From positions 1 to 64,000 of the forward strand of contig JBCBZJ010000008.1 of the NCBI GenBank assembly GCA_039815375.1: DNA of 64,000 bases. Reading direction: 5' to 3'. Below, one piece after another: positions 19,989 to 32,148 of this stretch; the first letter of the stretch is position 1; each line of letters begins with the position of its first letter. Made by a program: the position numbers and the translations under genes. The notes under the pieces were generated by a model. The model saw nothing but the letters and a program-made list of their open reading frames with translations, was not told where the DNA came from and made no database searches. The stretch is from Verrucomicrobiota bacterium. Lineage in GTDB: Bacteria; Verrucomicrobiota; Verrucomicrobiia; Opitutales; Coraliomargaritaceae.

Positions 19989-21518
19989 CTAGTAAACGTT
20001 GGTCGCTTCCTGTGAGATAATCGGGTCGCTGAGGAAGTCGGCGCTGAAGTTCATCACTGCACGGCCAGCTCCGATCGTGGAGCCTTCGGCTGTGATACTC
20101 AGATTCGTGTCCTTGCCGGGCTCCAAGGTGGTGCGCGGGAAGGTGACCGTCTGGCCATCGATGGTGCCTTGAGCATCGCCAGCGACTGCGGTTGGCTTGA
20201 TACCATCGCTGAAGATCACTTTGACTTCGCCACTGACCGGTTCGAAGTCCCCTTGGTTACGCACACGAATCGTATAAGTTGTCGGTTCGGCAACACGGAT
20301 CGGGTCCTTACTATCGGTAATGGAGACAGTCACACCTGGAACAGCAAGCCACTCGGTGGTGAAGGAGTCGCTGGCTTCGAGGCCATTCTCGGTGAGGATC
20401 TTGACGGTATTGACCGATTCGCCTTTTCGTGTGGAAGCGATTTCTGTGGTGATGAGCTGATTCGAGCCGGCAGGTAGGTTTGGAATCATCCAGCCGATCG
20501 CATTACCTGCAACGCGGCCGTTGCCGTTATCGGCGACCGATGAGCCTTCCGGAAGAATGTCTGTGATGCGGACATTTTTCAGATCGGTATCCCCCGTGTT
20601 TTCAATTGTTATTTCGAAGATCTCAGGCTTGAAGACATAGGCCTCTTCCGGGCCGGACTTGCGAACACGGATACCAGACTGGACAATCGCGATGGGTGCG
20701 CTGGCCTTAGGGCTGGTCCCTGCGCTACCTCTGCCGTTCGGTCCGCTACCATCATATGAAGCGATGGCTTGATTTTGGAAGTTGCCCTGCTTGACTGCTT
20801 TGGCGGTGTAGGTGACGCTTTCTGTTTGGCCGGGAGCAAGATCGCCAATAGTCTGGCGGAGGTCGCTGGTAGGCGTGAAGGCATCCGGCAGTGTATCGGT
20901 GACGACTACGTTGCTGGCTACAGCGGAGCCGCTGTTGGTTACGGTTACGGTCCAGCTGGCTTCTTCGCCCAGCTCAATGGTTTCCGGACCCTTCTTGACG
21001 ACGTCGAGCTTGGGCTGGCCTGCGAAGAAACTTAGACAGAAGGCATTGTCGACGGTCACCGTAGAGCAAATCGTATGCTCGCCCTCTTCGGTGGGTTTCA
21101 CTGTGACAGTAATCTTCTGCGTTTCGCCCGCACTCATGCTAGGGAAATTCCAACTGGCATTGCCTCCTGCAAGTGATGCTGCAGGGTCCGCAGAACTGAA
21201 GCTGACACCCGGGGGAATCGCCTCTACCACCCGCACATTTTTCACATCGTCGAGCGCCTCGATATTGATGCTGTAAATCAAATCACCCCCTACGGATGCC
21301 TTTTCCAGGACCGTCTTTGTCACCATAATCTGGTTACTCTGAAAAATTACGTCAGCACTTGGCACCAGGGTCGCCGTTGTGGAAGGTGCTTGGATTTCGA
21401 CGGGTTGGGTTGGCTTGGTGTAGCCTGAATCGACTTGAGTGGGGGGTGTTTGGCAACCGGCTAGGACGAGTGCAAGTAGACTGACGGTGGTGGTGGCTAG
21501 TGAGGAGAATCGGTTCAT
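19989..21518 (-). CDS. DUF11-repeat lipoprotein, OmcB-like
   Basis: Lipobox LAGC; repeated V.K.GP....TV.N.G...A.NVVVTDTLP; DSKDPIRV..TTY.I.V.NQG; ends EATNVY. Confidence 0.8.
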   Translation of the reverse strand: MNRFSSLATTTVSLLALVLAGCQTPPTQVDSGYTKPTQPVEIQAPSTTATLVPSADVIFQSNQIMVTKTVLEKASVGGDLIYSINIEALDDVKNVRVVEAIPPGVSFSSADPAASLAGGNASWNFPSMSAGETQKITVTVKPTEEGEHTICSTVTVDNAFCLSFFAGQPKLDVVKKGPETIELGEEASWTVTVTNSGSAVASNVVVTDTLPDAFTPTSDLRQTIGDLAPGQTESVTYTAKAVKQGNFQNQAIASYDGSGPNGRGSAGTSPKASAPIAIVQSGIRVRKSGPEEAYVFKPEIFEITIENTGDTDLKNVRITDILPEGSSVADNGNGRVAGNAIGWMIPNLPAGSNQLITTEIASTRKGESVNTVKILTENGLEASDSFTTEWLAVPGVTVSITDSKDPIRVAEPTTYTIRVRNQGDFEPVSGEVKVIFSDGIKPTAVAGDAQGTIDGQTVTFPRTTLEPGKDTNLSITAEGSTIGAGRAVMNFSADFLSDPIISQEATNVY

Positions 21519-21597
21519 GGTGAATGTTCTAACGTCTGTCCCGGCCATGTAAAGAAATCGCTCGACCGTCTCGTATCTCCAGCGTGTATTGATCTCT

Positions 21598-22335
21598 ATG
21601 GTCTTAAAACCGTTTGTCCCGGCTCCAATCCAGATGGCTATGGATGTCTTCTTTCCCAAAAGCTGCGTTGCTTGCGGGAGCGGCGTCGAGAACTCGGACT
21701 ACGAATATCTTTGTGCCCATTGCGCTCGTGAGCTTTTTCTCGCGGAGAAGCCGAATTGTAGAGTTTGTGGCTATCCATTTCATGGGATACTGGCGGGCCC
21801 CCAGATCTGTCCTCATTGTGCTGAACTCGATCCTGCTTTCGATGAGGGGAAGACGCTCTTTCTTGCGAAGGGACCGGGGCGTGCCTTGATTCATGATCTC
21901 AAATACCACAGTGGGTTCTATGTTTTCAGCGATATCCTGCGGATGATTGAGCGATCCGAAGACTACAAGGCTTACCTGGAAGGTGCCGTCCTGGTACCTG
22001 TTCCATTACATGCGAGCAAGCTCCGCGAAAGAGGTTATAACCAAAGCGAGCGTATTGCCAGAGCACTTGCAGAGGCTACGAAGAGCTCGAAGGTGGCGAA
22101 CTTGCTGGAACGAACGAAATTTACGCAAACCCAGACTCGCTTGAATCGTGAGGCACGCAACCGGAACGTAAAAAATGCCTTTGCCTTAAGACCGGATGCA
22201 GTTGTAATGCCCACTCTTCAATATATTCTCGTCGACGATGTGTTTACCACTGGAGCGACAATCAATGCCTGCGCTTATGCCCTTCGAGATGCAGGTGCCG
22301 AGCAAATCAAAGTGGCTACTCTCGGCCACGGATAA
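21598..22335 (+). CDS. ComF family phosphoribosyltransferase with double zinc ribbon
   Basis: CxxC pairs, VPVPLH...[19 protein letters not shown]; start uncertain. Confidence 0.9.
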   Translation: MVLKPFVPAPIQMAMDVFFPKSCVACGSGVENSDYEYLCAHCARELFLAEKPNCRVCGYPFHGILAGPQICPHCAELDPAFDEGKTLFLAKGPGRALIHDLKYHSGFYVFSDILRMIERSEDYKAYLEGAVLVPVPLHASKLRERGYNQSERIARALAEATKSSKVANLLERTKFTQTQTRLNREARNRNVKNAFALRPDAVVMPTLQYILVDDVFTTGATINACAYALRDAGAEQIKVATLGHG

Positions 22336-22364
22336 AACACTTTCACCTTCACTTACACTTCAAG

Positions 22365-23222
22365 ATGGCCCTATTTGGAAAGCCTCAATACTCGACTGTC
22401 ACGGTTAAGAAAAAAGATATCCCCAAGGATCTTTGGACGAAGTGCCCGAAGACTGGAGAGATCATCTACAACCGTGTCTTAAAGGAGAATCTCATGGTCG
22501 TGCCGAGTAGCGGATACCACTTTCCCCTAGATGGTCGCAGCCGCATCGCATCAATGCTCGACGAAGACAGCTTTGAAGAAATGGATATGGGGGTCAGCTC
22601 GCTGGATCCGCTCGAGTTTAACGCAACCGCCTCGTATCCGGAAAAACTTAAGGCAAGTCAGGCCAAAACCAAGGAAACGGATACCGTTATTTCAGGTATG
22701 GGCAATATGGGTGGCATGCCTGTTAGCATTGCGGTGATGGACTTCCGTTTCATGGCAGCCAGCCTCGGTTCTGCGGCAGGTGAAAAACTGACCCGTGCGA
22801 TTGAACGTGGCCTCGAAAAGAAGTGCCCGGTTATTATTGTTTGTGCCTCCGGTGGCGCTCGTATGCAGGAAGGTATTCTCAGCCTCATGCAGATGGCCAA
22901 GACAAGTCAGGCGCTGGCCCGACTTAGCCAAGCCGGTCTTCCCTACATCGCAATTTTGACCAATCCCACAATGGCCGGGGTGATGGCCAGCTTTGCTTCA
23001 CTTGGTGATGTTATTATTGCTGAACCCGAGGCACTCATTGGCTTCGCAGGTCCACGTGTGATCAAGGAAACGACTCAGCAGGATCTTCCTGCTGGATTTC
23101 AGACTTCGGAGTTTCTGCTCGATCGCGGCCTAGTTGATGCGATTATTCCACGCGGTGAAATGCGTGATCGCTTGATTACGATGCTAAAAGCCTTCGGCAG
23201 CAATACCGCAAAAACCGCGTAA
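22365..23222 (+). CDS. accD: Acetyl-CoA carboxylase carboxyltransferase beta subunit
   Basis: [46 protein letters not shown]. Confidence 0.97.
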   Translation: MALFGKPQYSTVTVKKKDIPKDLWTKCPKTGEIIYNRVLKENLMVVPSSGYHFPLDGRSRIASMLDEDSFEEMDMGVSSLDPLEFNATASYPEKLKASQAKTKETDTVISGMGNMGGMPVSIAVMDFRFMAASLGSAAGEKLTRAIERGLEKKCPVIIVCASGGARMQEGILSLMQMAKTSQALARLSQAGLPYIAILTNPTMAGVMASFASLGDVIIAEPEALIGFAGPRVIKETTQQDLPAGFQTSEFLLDRGLVDAIIPRGEMRDRLITMLKAFGSNTAKTA

Positions 23223-23234
23223 AAGCCGCTCGAG

Positions 23235-24506
23235 ATGGCGGTATATTCGCAGGTCCGAGACTACCTGTATTCGCTGAAAAACCGAGGTTCGAAATACGGC
23301 ATTGATCGTATGCGGCTTTTTGTCGATGCATTAGGCCACCCGGAAAGAAAGTATCCCGTCATCCATGTCGCCGGGACGAATGGCAAAGGGTCCACCTGCG
23401 CGATACTCGAGAGCTTGTATCGATCGAATGGATACAAGACCGGACTATTTTCATCTCCGCATTTGGTGCACCTTGGCGAACGTGCTCAAGTCAACCGTCA
23501 GATTCTCGGTGAAGCACCGATCGCCAGCTACATAGAGCACCTTCGGCCAATCGCGGCCGAGCTGGGCAAGGAGGATCCGGCTCTGCACCCCACATTCTTC
23601 GAGTTTATCGCGGCGATGGCCTTTCTGCATTTCTCTTCCGAAGAAGTCGATATTGCGCTGATCGAAACAGGTCTAGGTGGACGGCTCGATGCGACCAACG
23701 TGGTTGATCCGGCGTTGAGCATCATTACTTCAATCAGCTACGATCATATGGAGCTTCTAGGTGACACGCTTGAAAAAATCGCAACCGAGAAAGCGGGTAT
23801 TATTAAGCCGGGCAAGCCAGTGCTGATTGGATGCTTGCCTGCCGAGGCTGAAGCGGTGATTCGAACCACCGCGAAGGAGCGCGGCTGCGCGCTCTATTCC
23901 GTCAAAGAACGCTTTCGGGCGGACAGTTTGCCAGAAACTAATTTAAGCGGGGCATTCCAGCGTTGGAATGCGGCTGCCGCTGTTTATGCCACTGAGATTC
24001 TGGCCGAATCTTTACCCGTCCAATCGACTGCCGGTCTGACTCAAATCGACTGGCCCGGGCGCTGGCAAGAGCTGGAACTTGACGGTCGCAAACTGATTCT
24101 TGATGCAACCCACAATCCCGAGGGCGCCGAAGCCCTGAAAGATAATCTGGAAAAGCTCGTTCAAGCCAGTGATAAACCGATTATTGTCGCAGGCACGCTG
24201 GGAGAAGAACGCGGTCGTAGCCTAATGGAAGCAGTGAGTCCCTTTGCCTCTGAACTTTTCCTTGTGAAACCTAACCAAGATCGTTCGACACCAACAGACT
24301 TTCTGGAAAGCTGCTTGCCGAAGGACAGGGGATACGAAGTGCATCATTCCAGTTTGATTGAGCTATTTCCCTGCAATACGAGTTGCCGATTAGGTGAACC
24401 GGGCAACGTGATCGTGGTTACTGGCTCGATTTACCTGATCGGTGAATTGCTGGAACGGATACAGGGCGCTTCTGAAAGTGGTAGCGAATTACAGGATAAG
24501 TTATAA
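23235..24506 (+). CDS. folC: Folylpolyglutamate/dihydrofolate synthase
   Basis: [46 protein letters not shown]. Confidence 0.95.
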   Translation: MAVYSQVRDYLYSLKNRGSKYGIDRMRLFVDALGHPERKYPVIHVAGTNGKGSTCAILESLYRSNGYKTGLFSSPHLVHLGERAQVNRQILGEAPIASYIEHLRPIAAELGKEDPALHPTFFEFIAAMAFLHFSSEEVDIALIETGLGGRLDATNVVDPALSIITSISYDHMELLGDTLEKIATEKAGIIKPGKPVLIGCLPAEAEAVIRTTAKERGCALYSVKERFRADSLPETNLSGAFQRWNAAAAVYATEILAESLPVQSTAGLTQIDWPGRWQELELDGRKLILDATHNPEGAEALKDNLEKLVQASDKPIIVAGTLGEERGRSLMEAVSPFASELFLVKPNQDRSTPTDFLESCLPKDRGYEVHHSSLIELFPCNTSCRLGEPGNVIVVTGSIYLIGELLERIQGASESGSELQDKL

Positions 24507-24556
24507 GTTTCCTTGGTGATTGCTTCGTTACTGAATCGTTTTCACAATAGAAAACG

Positions 24557-26194
24557 ATGCATGGGGATGAACTGACACTTCTGCTGGATTTAGGCTTTAT
24601 AGTTACTACGGCGGCAGTTTTTGCCTTTATCGGCAAGCTCATCAGGATGCCTTCGATCATCGCCTACATTGCAGCAGGGATTCTTTTGGGGCCGGCATTC
24701 AATATCGTTGAGATAGATGATTCGTTGAAGCTGATTTCAAAACTGGGTATCGCCCTGCTGCTCTTTTTAGTCGGTCTGGAACTAAGCTTTGAGAAAATTC
24801 GAGACGTGGGACGCGTTGCAATTTTGGCTGGTCTCGGCCAGGTGGTTTTTACTGCGTTTGGCGGTCTGGCTCTTTGTTTAGCCCTCGGGTTTGATTTGAT
24901 TTCATCGATCTTTTTGGCTGTCGGGCTGACTTTTAGCAGCACGGTCGTCGTTGTTAAGTTGCTCGACCAAAAAGGTGAGCTCGGACGGCTTTACGGTCGT
25001 ATCGCTGTTGGCATCTTCCTCGTTCAGGACTTGGTTGTGATTGCGGTGCTTACTCTGCTTACAGGCTTAACGAAGGGTGGTGGTTTTGACGCGCTCAGTA
25101 TTCTCAAAGGCCTTGGTCTCGCGGCAGGTGCGATGGTTATTTTGCTTGCGGTGACTCTGCTGGCTTCGAAATACGTCTTACCCAAGCCCTTTGCATGGGC
25201 TTCTCGAAGTCCGGATACGATCTTTATCTGGGCGCTGTTTTGGTGCTTCCTCATCACCGGACTTGCAGGCGCGATGGGTCTTTCGGTTGAGGTCGGTGCA
25301 TTTCTTGCCGGGATCGCACTGGCGCAGCTTCCGTATCACAATGATCTGCACAAGCGATTGCACCCTTTGATGAATTTCTTTGTTGCGGTTTTCTTTGTTA
25401 CCTTGGGCGTGCAGATTGACCTGGCTGCCGCTTTTCAGAACTGGTGGGCTTCGCTGGTTTTGTCGTTCTTCGTGATTATCGGGAACCCGCTGATTTTCAT
25501 GATCATCATTGCGAAAATGGGTTACAGTGAGATGACTGCATTCCGGGCTAGCGTTACGGTTGCACAGATCAGTGAGTTCTCTTTCATCTTTGCGACCTTG
25601 GGCTTAGCTGCTGGCTTGGTCGGTCAAGAGGTGCTCTCGATCACTGCGCTTGTAGGAATCCTGACGATTGCGATTTCCGCTTATATGATTCTCTACACAG
25701 AGCCGCTGTATCGCTTTATGAAACGGCTTGGGGTATTACGTTTATTCCGTGCCAAACAGGAGCCGGACAAAGAGACTATTTTTGAGCGCTCCGGCCACAT
25801 CATTGTGATCGGCATGAATGCGCTCGGACGGGAAATTGTGAAGCAATTGACTTTACGGAGTGAGCGCGTTCTGGCGATCGATACGGATCCAAGGAAACTG
25901 GAAGGCCTTGGAGCAGCGGATACTGTAATTGGGAGCGTTGAATATGAGTCCGTCGTCGAGGAGATAGGGCTTCCAAGGGCCAAGCTGGTCGTATCTGCTT
26001 TGCAAATCGAAGACGCGAACCATTTGCTGGCTTATCGCTGCCGAGCACTTGGCGTGCGTTGTGCAATACACGCGTTTGATATTTCTGTTGTGGAAGATCT
26101 GCTCGAACTGGAAACGTCTTACCTGTTGATGCCGAGTGTCGATGTTGTCGTGGAGCAACGTGCCCTTATGGAAAAGGAAGGAGTGATCGGCTAG
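24557..26194 (+). CDS. CPA2 (Kef-like) cation:proton antiporter with TrkA_N domain
   Basis: [30 protein letters not shown]-terminal HIIVIG KTN domain. Confidence 0.9.
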   Translation: MHGDELTLLLDLGFIVTTAAVFAFIGKLIRMPSIIAYIAAGILLGPAFNIVEIDDSLKLISKLGIALLLFLVGLELSFEKIRDVGRVAILAGLGQVVFTAFGGLALCLALGFDLISSIFLAVGLTFSSTVVVVKLLDQKGELGRLYGRIAVGIFLVQDLVVIAVLTLLTGLTKGGGFDALSILKGLGLAAGAMVILLAVTLLASKYVLPKPFAWASRSPDTIFIWALFWCFLITGLAGAMGLSVEVGAFLAGIALAQLPYHNDLHKRLHPLMNFFVAVFFVTLGVQIDLAAAFQNWWASLVLSFFVIIGNPLIFMIIIAKMGYSEMTAFRASVTVAQISEFSFIFATLGLAAGLVGQEVLSITALVGILTIAISAYMILYTEPLYRFMKRLGVLRLFRAKQEPDKETIFERSGHIIVIGMNALGREIVKQLTLRSERVLAIDTDPRKLEGLGAADTVIGSVEYESVVEEIGLPRAKLVVSALQIEDANHLLAYRCRALGVRCAIHAFDISVVEDLLELETSYLLMPSVDVVVEQRALMEKEGVIG

Positions 26195-26198
26195 AGAT

Positions 26199-27782
26199 AT
26201 GACTGAGGTAGCTATCCTACTTTTCGCGGCGGCGATTGCCTTTGGTTTGGCAAAGTGGATGCACTTGCCCGCGATTCCCCTGCTGCTACTTTCCGGGGTC
26301 GGATTACGGCTTATTGCGGATGCTGGCGGTATTGAAATTCCGATCGATCTTCTGAGTGAAATGATCCAAATCGGTCTGGCGGTTTTGGTCTTCACGGCCG
26401 GTGCGGAACTCAGCCCACGCAGGATGCGCGGTCGAACGCGACCAATTGTGATCGTAGCAGTCTCGCAGTTTTTCATGTTGGGTCTGGCAGGTGTGCTTAC
26501 GGCTATGGCGCTGGGCTACGATTTAATGACAGCGTTCTATTTGGGCTGTGCTTTATCGGCAAGCTCAACGCTCGTGGTGGTGCGGCATTTGCAGAAGCGT
26601 AGGCAGATGTTTGAACCTTACGGACGCTTGGTTCTTGGTGTTTTGCTGCTCCAGGACTTATTCATTATTTTGATTATGGTGGCGCTGCTAAAGTCGCCTG
26701 ATGGTCCATGGATTAGTTTGCTTGGTGTTCTGAAAGCAATGGGCCTCGGGGTAGTTGCGCTTGGTATTCACAAGTGGCTCATGCCTTGGATCACCCGTAA
26801 GATTAAGTTGGATGACGAGGAGCTCATGCTTGGGGCACTTGCGATGCTCTTTGTTTTCTCTGGGATGGCCTATTTGTTGGAACTGCCATTTCTGGTTGGT
26901 GCATTACTGGCTGGCTTTGCACTTTCAGCCTTTCCCATGAATGGACTGGTGCGTGGTATGTTAGGATCGCTTTCAGGCTTCTTCCTCGCGCTCTTTTTCA
27001 TTAGTGCGGGTGCGTTTCTTACCATTCCGGACCTAGAAATGATCGGGCACAGTCTGGTCTTTATTGTGGTTCTTATCCTTGTGACGGTGGTTTTTGTCTC
27101 AATCATCGCAGAAGCGGTCGGCTACTCGACACGTGCATCGATTGAAACTGGCATTCTTCTTTCGCAGACAAGCGAGTTCTCCCTTTTACTTGCCTTGACT
27201 GGTGTGGCTTCTGGTCAAATCAGTGCCGAGTTTTTCTCGCTCATTGCCTTGATTACGGTGAGCACGATGACACTTACACCGTTTATCTCGCGGGGGAAGG
27301 TGGCTCGCTTTTTGATGAAGTTGCATCCGCGCTACCGTAAGGGGGAGCAAGCCTGCGAGGCATTGGCGGATCATGCAGTCTTACTTGGTTTCGGTCGAGC
27401 TGGTGCGCGTTTGATGCACTATTTGATGGAGCACGATATCAAGATGGTCGTCGTCGATGATGATGCTGCCGTGATTCGTAGATTGATCGCAAAGGGTATT
27501 CCCTGCATCCAAGCCGATGGCTCGGACGTCCGATCTCTTGAACTTGCTCACTGTAGAAAGGCGCGCGTCGTGATTTGCTCGATGCCGAGGACGCGTGATG
27601 CTCAAGCTGCTCTGGATTACCTCAGGGATTCCCCAGCCAAGGTGTTGGTGCGGACCTTCGAGCCGGAAGATATCAAACTGGTCGAAGACGCTGGAGGTTA
27701 TCCGGTGCAGACGGTGCGCGCCTCGACAAAGACTTTTTTAGAGTGGTTGGATCTGAATCTACAAAAGCCAGAGGCAATCTAG
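26199..27782 (+). CDS. Second CPA2 (Kef-like) cation:proton antiporter with TrkA_N domain
   Basis: [25 protein letters not shown]. Confidence 0.9.
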   Translation: MTEVAILLFAAAIAFGLAKWMHLPAIPLLLLSGVGLRLIADAGGIEIPIDLLSEMIQIGLAVLVFTAGAELSPRRMRGRTRPIVIVAVSQFFMLGLAGVLTAMALGYDLMTAFYLGCALSASSTLVVVRHLQKRRQMFEPYGRLVLGVLLLQDLFIILIMVALLKSPDGPWISLLGVLKAMGLGVVALGIHKWLMPWITRKIKLDDEELMLGALAMLFVFSGMAYLLELPFLVGALLAGFALSAFPMNGLVRGMLGSLSGFFLALFFISAGAFLTIPDLEMIGHSLVFIVVLILVTVVFVSIIAEAVGYSTRASIETGILLSQTSEFSLLLALTGVASGQISAEFFSLIALITVSTMTLTPFISRGKVARFLMKLHPRYRKGEQACEALADHAVLLGFGRAGARLMHYLMEHDIKMVVVDDDAAVIRRLIAKGIPCIQADGSDVRSLELAHCRKARVVICSMPRTRDAQAALDYLRDSPAKVLVRTFEPEDIKLVEDAGGYPVQTVRASTKTFLEWLDLNLQKPEAI

Positions 27783-28936
27783 CTGGCGTTTCCGGCAACC
27801 AAATTGTAGAAGTCGACAAAGAGTGGGTCTGCATCATTTGGGCCCGGTGCGGCTTCCGGATGGTATTGCACTGAAAAGACGGGTCTGTCTTTAAGACGCA
27901 GACCTTCGACGGTATCATCGTTGAGATTGAGCTCAGTGACAATCGCGCCGGCATTTTCGAGTTCTTCGCGGGTCGATGCGAAGCCGTGATTTTGGGAAGT
28001 AATAGAGACTTTGCCGGTCTCGAGATTCTTGACTGGCTGGTTGCCGCCACGGTGGCCGAACTTCAGCTTGAAGGTTTCTGCGCCGAGCGCATGCGTGATG
28101 ATTTGATGCCCGAGGCAGATGCCAAAAGTCGGGTAATGCTCGATGAGCTTCTTGACTGTCCTGTGTGCGTAGTCGACGGCGGCGGGATCGCCCGGGCCAT
28201 TGGAAAGGAAGATGCCGTCGGGGGCGAAATCACGGATTTCCTCGGCAGAGGTCGTAGCCGGAAAGACATGCACGTCGAAGCCATGATGCTGGAGTTTGCG
28301 GTAGATCGAATACTTGGCGCCGAAATCAAGAGCAGCTACTTTGTAGCGTTTGTCAGGGGACTCACTATTTGAAAGGTTTGTGCCGACAACGGTGAAGGGA
28401 GTGGATTCCTTTTTCTCGGGGTCCCACTGATAGGGTTCTTTAGCAGTGACTTCCTTAACAAAGTCGACGCCGATCAGGCCGCCGAAGTTCTTGGCCCGCA
28501 TAATCGCGTCCTCGTCTGTGATGTCTTCGGTGCTGATGCAGGCGTTCATCGCACCTGTCACTCGGAGCTTCTTGGTGATGGCACGTGTATCGACGCCTTC
28601 GATTCCCGGGATGCCTGCTTTGGAGAGATAGTCCTGAACTGATTCGCGGCTACGCCAATTGCTGGTGACGGGGCTCACCTCACGCACCACGAAACCTTTG
28701 ACCTTTGGGCCATCCGATTCCACGTCCTCAGGATTAATACCGTAATTACCGATTTGCACGGCGGTCATCGTCACGATTTGGGAAAAGTAGGACGGGTCGG
28801 TGAGAATTTCCTGATAGCCCGTCAGGCTGGTGTTGAAACAGGCTTCACCGACGTCGGTTGTTGTCGCGCCAAATGCGCGTCCGCGGTAAACAGTTCCGTC
28901 TTCCAGTGCGATGATTCCAGCCTTCGTTTTTCCCAT
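27779..28936 (-). CDS. carA: Carbamoyl-phosphate synthase small subunit
   Basis: [48 protein letters not shown]. Confidence 0.97.
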   Translation of the reverse strand: MGKTKAGIIALEDGTVYRGRAFGATTTDVGEACFNTSLTGYQEILTDPSYFSQIVTMTAVQIGNYGINPEDVESDGPKVKGFVVREVSPVTSNWRSRESVQDYLSKAGIPGIEGVDTRAITKKLRVTGAMNACISTEDITDEDAIMRAKNFGGLIGVDFVKEVTAKEPYQWDPEKKESTPFTVVGTNLSNSESPDKRYKVAALDFGAKYSIYRKLQHHGFDVHVFPATTSAEEIRDFAPDGIFLSNGPGDPAAVDYAHRTVKKLIEHYPTFGICLGHQIITHALGAETFKLKFGHRGGNQPVKNLETGKVSITSQNHGFASTREELENAGAIVTELNLNDDTVEGLRLKDRPVFSVQYHPEAAPGPNDADPLFVDFYNLVAGNAS

Positions 28937-28989
28937 GGTTAGCGGAGCAGGAAAGAGGGAATCTTAGGACATGCAACGGGAAAGTGTTT

Positions 28990-29316
28990 TTAGCTGCAAC
29001 CACCGGTTCCGAGCACCTCGCGGAGGCTTTCGCTGACCGTTGAACTGGCCTCCAGATCGATCCAGTAGATCATGTCGCGGCACTTCTTCTCGTTGGTGAT
29101 GATGCCGGCCTGCCGTAAAATCCTCAGATGGTGCGATGTTGCGGGCTGCGAGAGCCCGATGCGCTCTGCTATTTTGGAGACGTTGCAGGCGTTTTCACAG
29201 GTCGGTTCGGTTGGCAGGATGCGTAAAATATCCAGACGAACAGGATCACCGATCGCCCAGAGCTGCTTGGCGAGGGTATCCAGGTCCAAACTTGTTTTTG
29301 CAGGGGACATTGACAT
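28990..29316 (-). CDS. ArsR/SmtB family transcriptional regulator
   Basis: AIGDPVRLDIL..., CNVSKIA..IGLSQPATSHHLRILRQAG. Confidence 0.92.
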   Translation of the reverse strand: MSMSPAKTSLDLDTLAKQLWAIGDPVRLDILRILPTEPTCENACNVSKIAERIGLSQPATSHHLRILRQAGIITNEKKCRDMIYWIDLEASSTVSESLREVLGTGGCS

Positions 29317-29329
29317 ATTTAAATATATG
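29314..29329. promoter_or_regulatory. Palindrome at the ArsR start / divergent promoter (possible operator)
   Basis: Perfect 12-bp palindrome ATATTTAAATAT (29315-29326). Confidence 0.35.
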
Positions 29330-29390
29330 AATACGACTATCCGTCAACTTCTTAAAGACTGTTTCCCGCACTCTCGAACAATCCGTCCAT

Positions 29391-30578
29391 ATGTATCCGA
29401 ACGATTCCCTAGATAACTGGTATCAAGGCCAAGGCCTTTGGGCCGATGTGCCTGCTGAAGATTGGAACAATTGGAAATGGCAGTTGCGACATCGCATCAC
29501 GAAGCTGGAACAACTGGAAGACTTGATCAATCTGACGCCAGATGAACGTGCGGGCTGCACATTCGCCAATAACAAACTGGCTCTGGCAATTACACCCTAC
29601 TTCTTCAACCTCATTGACCGGGAGGACCCCAGCTGCCCGATCCGACGGCAAGTCATCCCGCGTGGCGGCGAAATCCACACCTCGCCCGAAGAACTGCTCG
29701 ATCCGGTAGGTGAAGAAGGCACTATGCCGGTCGAAGGCATCGTCCACCGCTATCCCGACCGCGTGCTCTTTCTCGTGACGGACCGTTGTGCTGCCTATTG
29801 CCGCTATTGCACCCGCAGCCGACTCGTTTCCAACGCGCAGGATTACAACTTTCACTCTGAACTCGAGGCCGGGCTCGAATACATAAAGAAGACGCCACAG
29901 ATTCGTGATGTTCTTCTAAGCGGCGGCGACCCGCTTTTACTTTCTGACAGGAAGCTCGACTACCTGCTCGGCGAGCTACGCAGGATTCCCCATGTCGAGT
30001 TCATTCGCATCGGTTCGCGTATTCCTGTTTTTCTGCCACAGCGGATCACACCGGAATTCTGTGAAATCTTCAAGAAGCACGGGCCCATCTGGATGAGTAT
30101 TCATGTGAATCATCCCCGTGAATGCACTTACGCTCTGCGGCAGGCTTGCGAGACGCTTTCCTTTGCCGGCGTTCCGATCGGAAACCAGTCGGTTTTGCTC
30201 AAGGATGTGAATGACAGCACCGAGACAATGAAGTCATTGATACACCGTCTCCTCATGATGCGTGTGCGTCCATATTACCTCTATCAGTGCGACCTTATTA
30301 CTGGAAGTGCTCATTTGCGCGCCGATCCGCGCAAAGGAATCGAGATTATCAAGAACCTCCGCGGCCACACCACCGGCTATTCGATTCCTCAGTTCGTCAT
30401 TGATGCTCCGGGAGGTGGCGGCAAGGTTCCGATCAACCCGGAATATGTGAAGGAAGTGACCGACGAGGCGATCGTGATGCGAAACTTCAGTGGCGATGAG
30501 TACAGCTATCCGCTTGTAGCCACCGCAACTGCGAAGCTGGACGAAAACGCACCGCAGCTCGAGCCTATCCTCGCTTAA
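29391..30578 (+). CDS. KamA family radical SAM 2,3-aminomutase
   Basis: WNNWKWQ, HRYPDR, CAAYCRYCTR, LSGGDPL, NQSVLL, PYYLYQCD, DAPGGGGK. Confidence 0.92.
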   Translation: MYPNDSLDNWYQGQGLWADVPAEDWNNWKWQLRHRITKLEQLEDLINLTPDERAGCTFANNKLALAITPYFFNLIDREDPSCPIRRQVIPRGGEIHTSPEELLDPVGEEGTMPVEGIVHRYPDRVLFLVTDRCAAYCRYCTRSRLVSNAQDYNFHSELEAGLEYIKKTPQIRDVLLSGGDPLLLSDRKLDYLLGELRRIPHVEFIRIGSRIPVFLPQRITPEFCEIFKKHGPIWMSIHVNHPRECTYALRQACETLSFAGVPIGNQSVLLKDVNDSTETMKSLIHRLLMMRVRPYYLYQCDLITGSAHLRADPRKGIEIIKNLRGHTTGYSIPQFVIDAPGGGGKVPINPEYVKEVTDEAIVMRNFSGDEYSYPLVATATAKLDENAPQLEPILA

Positions 30579-30626
30579 GTCGGGACTCCGGTTTGACAGT
30601 TTCTTCGTAGAGCATAGTGCTATCGC

Positions 30627-31109
30627 ATGCGTAACCAGTTTCTATTCTTCCTAAGTCTGTTTTGCGTGCAGCTTGCCAATATTGAAGCAAGTAAGGCCAA
30701 ACAGATCGACCTGAATTGGGAATCGCTCGCCTTTCGTATTGAAGATACCAGTAGCTTCGTGGGTTTAGTGCCGGTCTACCTTACCGTCAGCGAACTGAAG
30801 TCCGAGGACGGTTACCTTGTCGGCACTTACACAATCAACGTGCCCCTGATGACCTCCAAGAACGATCAGGGGAAGATTGAGCTGCCGCTTAAGGCAAGCA
30901 TCGAGGAGCTTGGCGACAACGGAGGTGTCTTAACGGGCAAAGCCTACAGCGCGAAAGACAAAAGCAAAATCAACAAGATCGTTTGCGAAGTCATCCCCAA
31001 AAAAAAGCAGATGATCAAATTGGCGATCACGACGTCTGACCGCACAATTAAATTCAAATCACATTACACTGTGATTGAGGCTGCCGTTGATTTGGAGAGA
31101 GATGTCTAG
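30627..31109 (+). CDS. Hypothetical secreted protein
   Basis: Signal-peptide-like N-terminus, 160 aa. Confidence 0.7.
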   Translation: MRNQFLFFLSLFCVQLANIEASKAKQIDLNWESLAFRIEDTSSFVGLVPVYLTVSELKSEDGYLVGTYTINVPLMTSKNDQGKIELPLKASIEELGDNGGVLTGKAYSAKDKSKINKIVCEVIPKKKQMIKLAITTSDRTIKFKSHYTVIEAAVDLERDV

Positions 31110-31149
31110 CGCCGCTTGACCTTTAATTTTCGGAGGCTTTGATGCTGCT

Positions 31150-31653
31150 ATGACAGACACCGATCTTGGTCCTACTGGCGAAATTGCCTTCGACCTGCCA
31201 TCCCCCTACGAGCCCCACCCTTGTGGGTTGCTACATTTGCCGCGGTTTATTGCCAAGGCTCGTAAGCATCTGGCGGGTGAACTGCCGAAGTCCTACCAAA
31301 AGAATTTTTGTCGAGGCTTTGATCGTTTCCTTTGCATGCATTTGGGAATCGATCCGCAGCAAGTGGTCGATGCGGTTAAAGCAGCAGCAGCTGATGAAAT
31401 CCTTTTGGACCAGCTGCTTGGCGAGATCTTTCCTGAAGAGCTAAATGTTGCGGCTTGGAATCGAGAGGTGACGCATAAGGGCCAGACTGAGGCTGGCCGC
31501 GAATTTCTAGCGGAGTCGCTCAGAAATATGGGCACTCCTGAGATGATCGGTAAGATCGAAAGCGTGATGGACATGATGGACTTTGATGAAGGGCGCATCC
31601 CAGGTTTTTCCGACGAACGCCGCAGTGAATGGGAAGCTGCGAGAGCCAACTGA
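31150..31653 (+). CDS. DUF5069-like protein
   Basis: LPSPY...GLLHLPRFIAKAR...GELP..Y, WN, DFDEGR. Confidence 0.7.
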   Translation: MTDTDLGPTGEIAFDLPSPYEPHPCGLLHLPRFIAKARKHLAGELPKSYQKNFCRGFDRFLCMHLGIDPQQVVDAVKAAAADEILLDQLLGEIFPEELNVAAWNREVTHKGQTEAGREFLAESLRNMGTPEMIGKIESVMDMMDFDEGRIPGFSDERRSEWEAARAN

Positions 31654-31723
31654 CTGGGAGAAAGCCCATTGAGCCTTGAGTGAATCCTTGTTTCATAGCG
31701 ACGATTTGTTAGTCATAAACCAC

Positions 31724-32143
31724 ATGAAATCGTGGCTCCTTGTTTTCTTTACGATATTGCTTACGGGCTGTGCAAGCTCGACGAACCAGCGTATCTCGCA
31801 GAACGAAGCACTTTTTAATACCTATACACCGGCAGAGAGAAAAATGATTCGTCTGGGACAGGTTGGAGTCGGGTTTGATCAGGACCAGGTTCGAATGGCA
31901 CTGGGTGAGCCGAGTCGTGAGACGACTGTCGAGACGGCCTCGGGTAAAGCGGTGGTTTGGGAATATCGTGAGATACGTCCATCTATGGGTTTATCTATTG
32001 GTGGCGGTATTGGCACCGGTGGACGAGGTGGTGTGGGCGTTGGAAGCGGTGTTGGAGTCAGCCCGAACAAGACCAAGCTACTCAAACGAATTGTTTTCGA
32101 CCGACAGACTGGTTTGGTCAGCAAGGTCGAGTCTTTCAACTAG
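31724..32143 (+). CDS. Lipoprotein, BamE/SmpA-like
   Basis: Lipobox LTGC; G...[12 protein letters not shown]. Confidence 0.7.
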   Translation: MKSWLLVFFTILLTGCASSTNQRISQNEALFNTYTPAERKMIRLGQVGVGFDQDQVRMALGEPSRETTVETASGKAVVWEYREIRPSMGLSIGGGIGTGGRGGVGVGSGVGVSPNKTKLLKRIVFDRQTGLVSKVESFN

Positions 32144-32148
32144 GTAAA

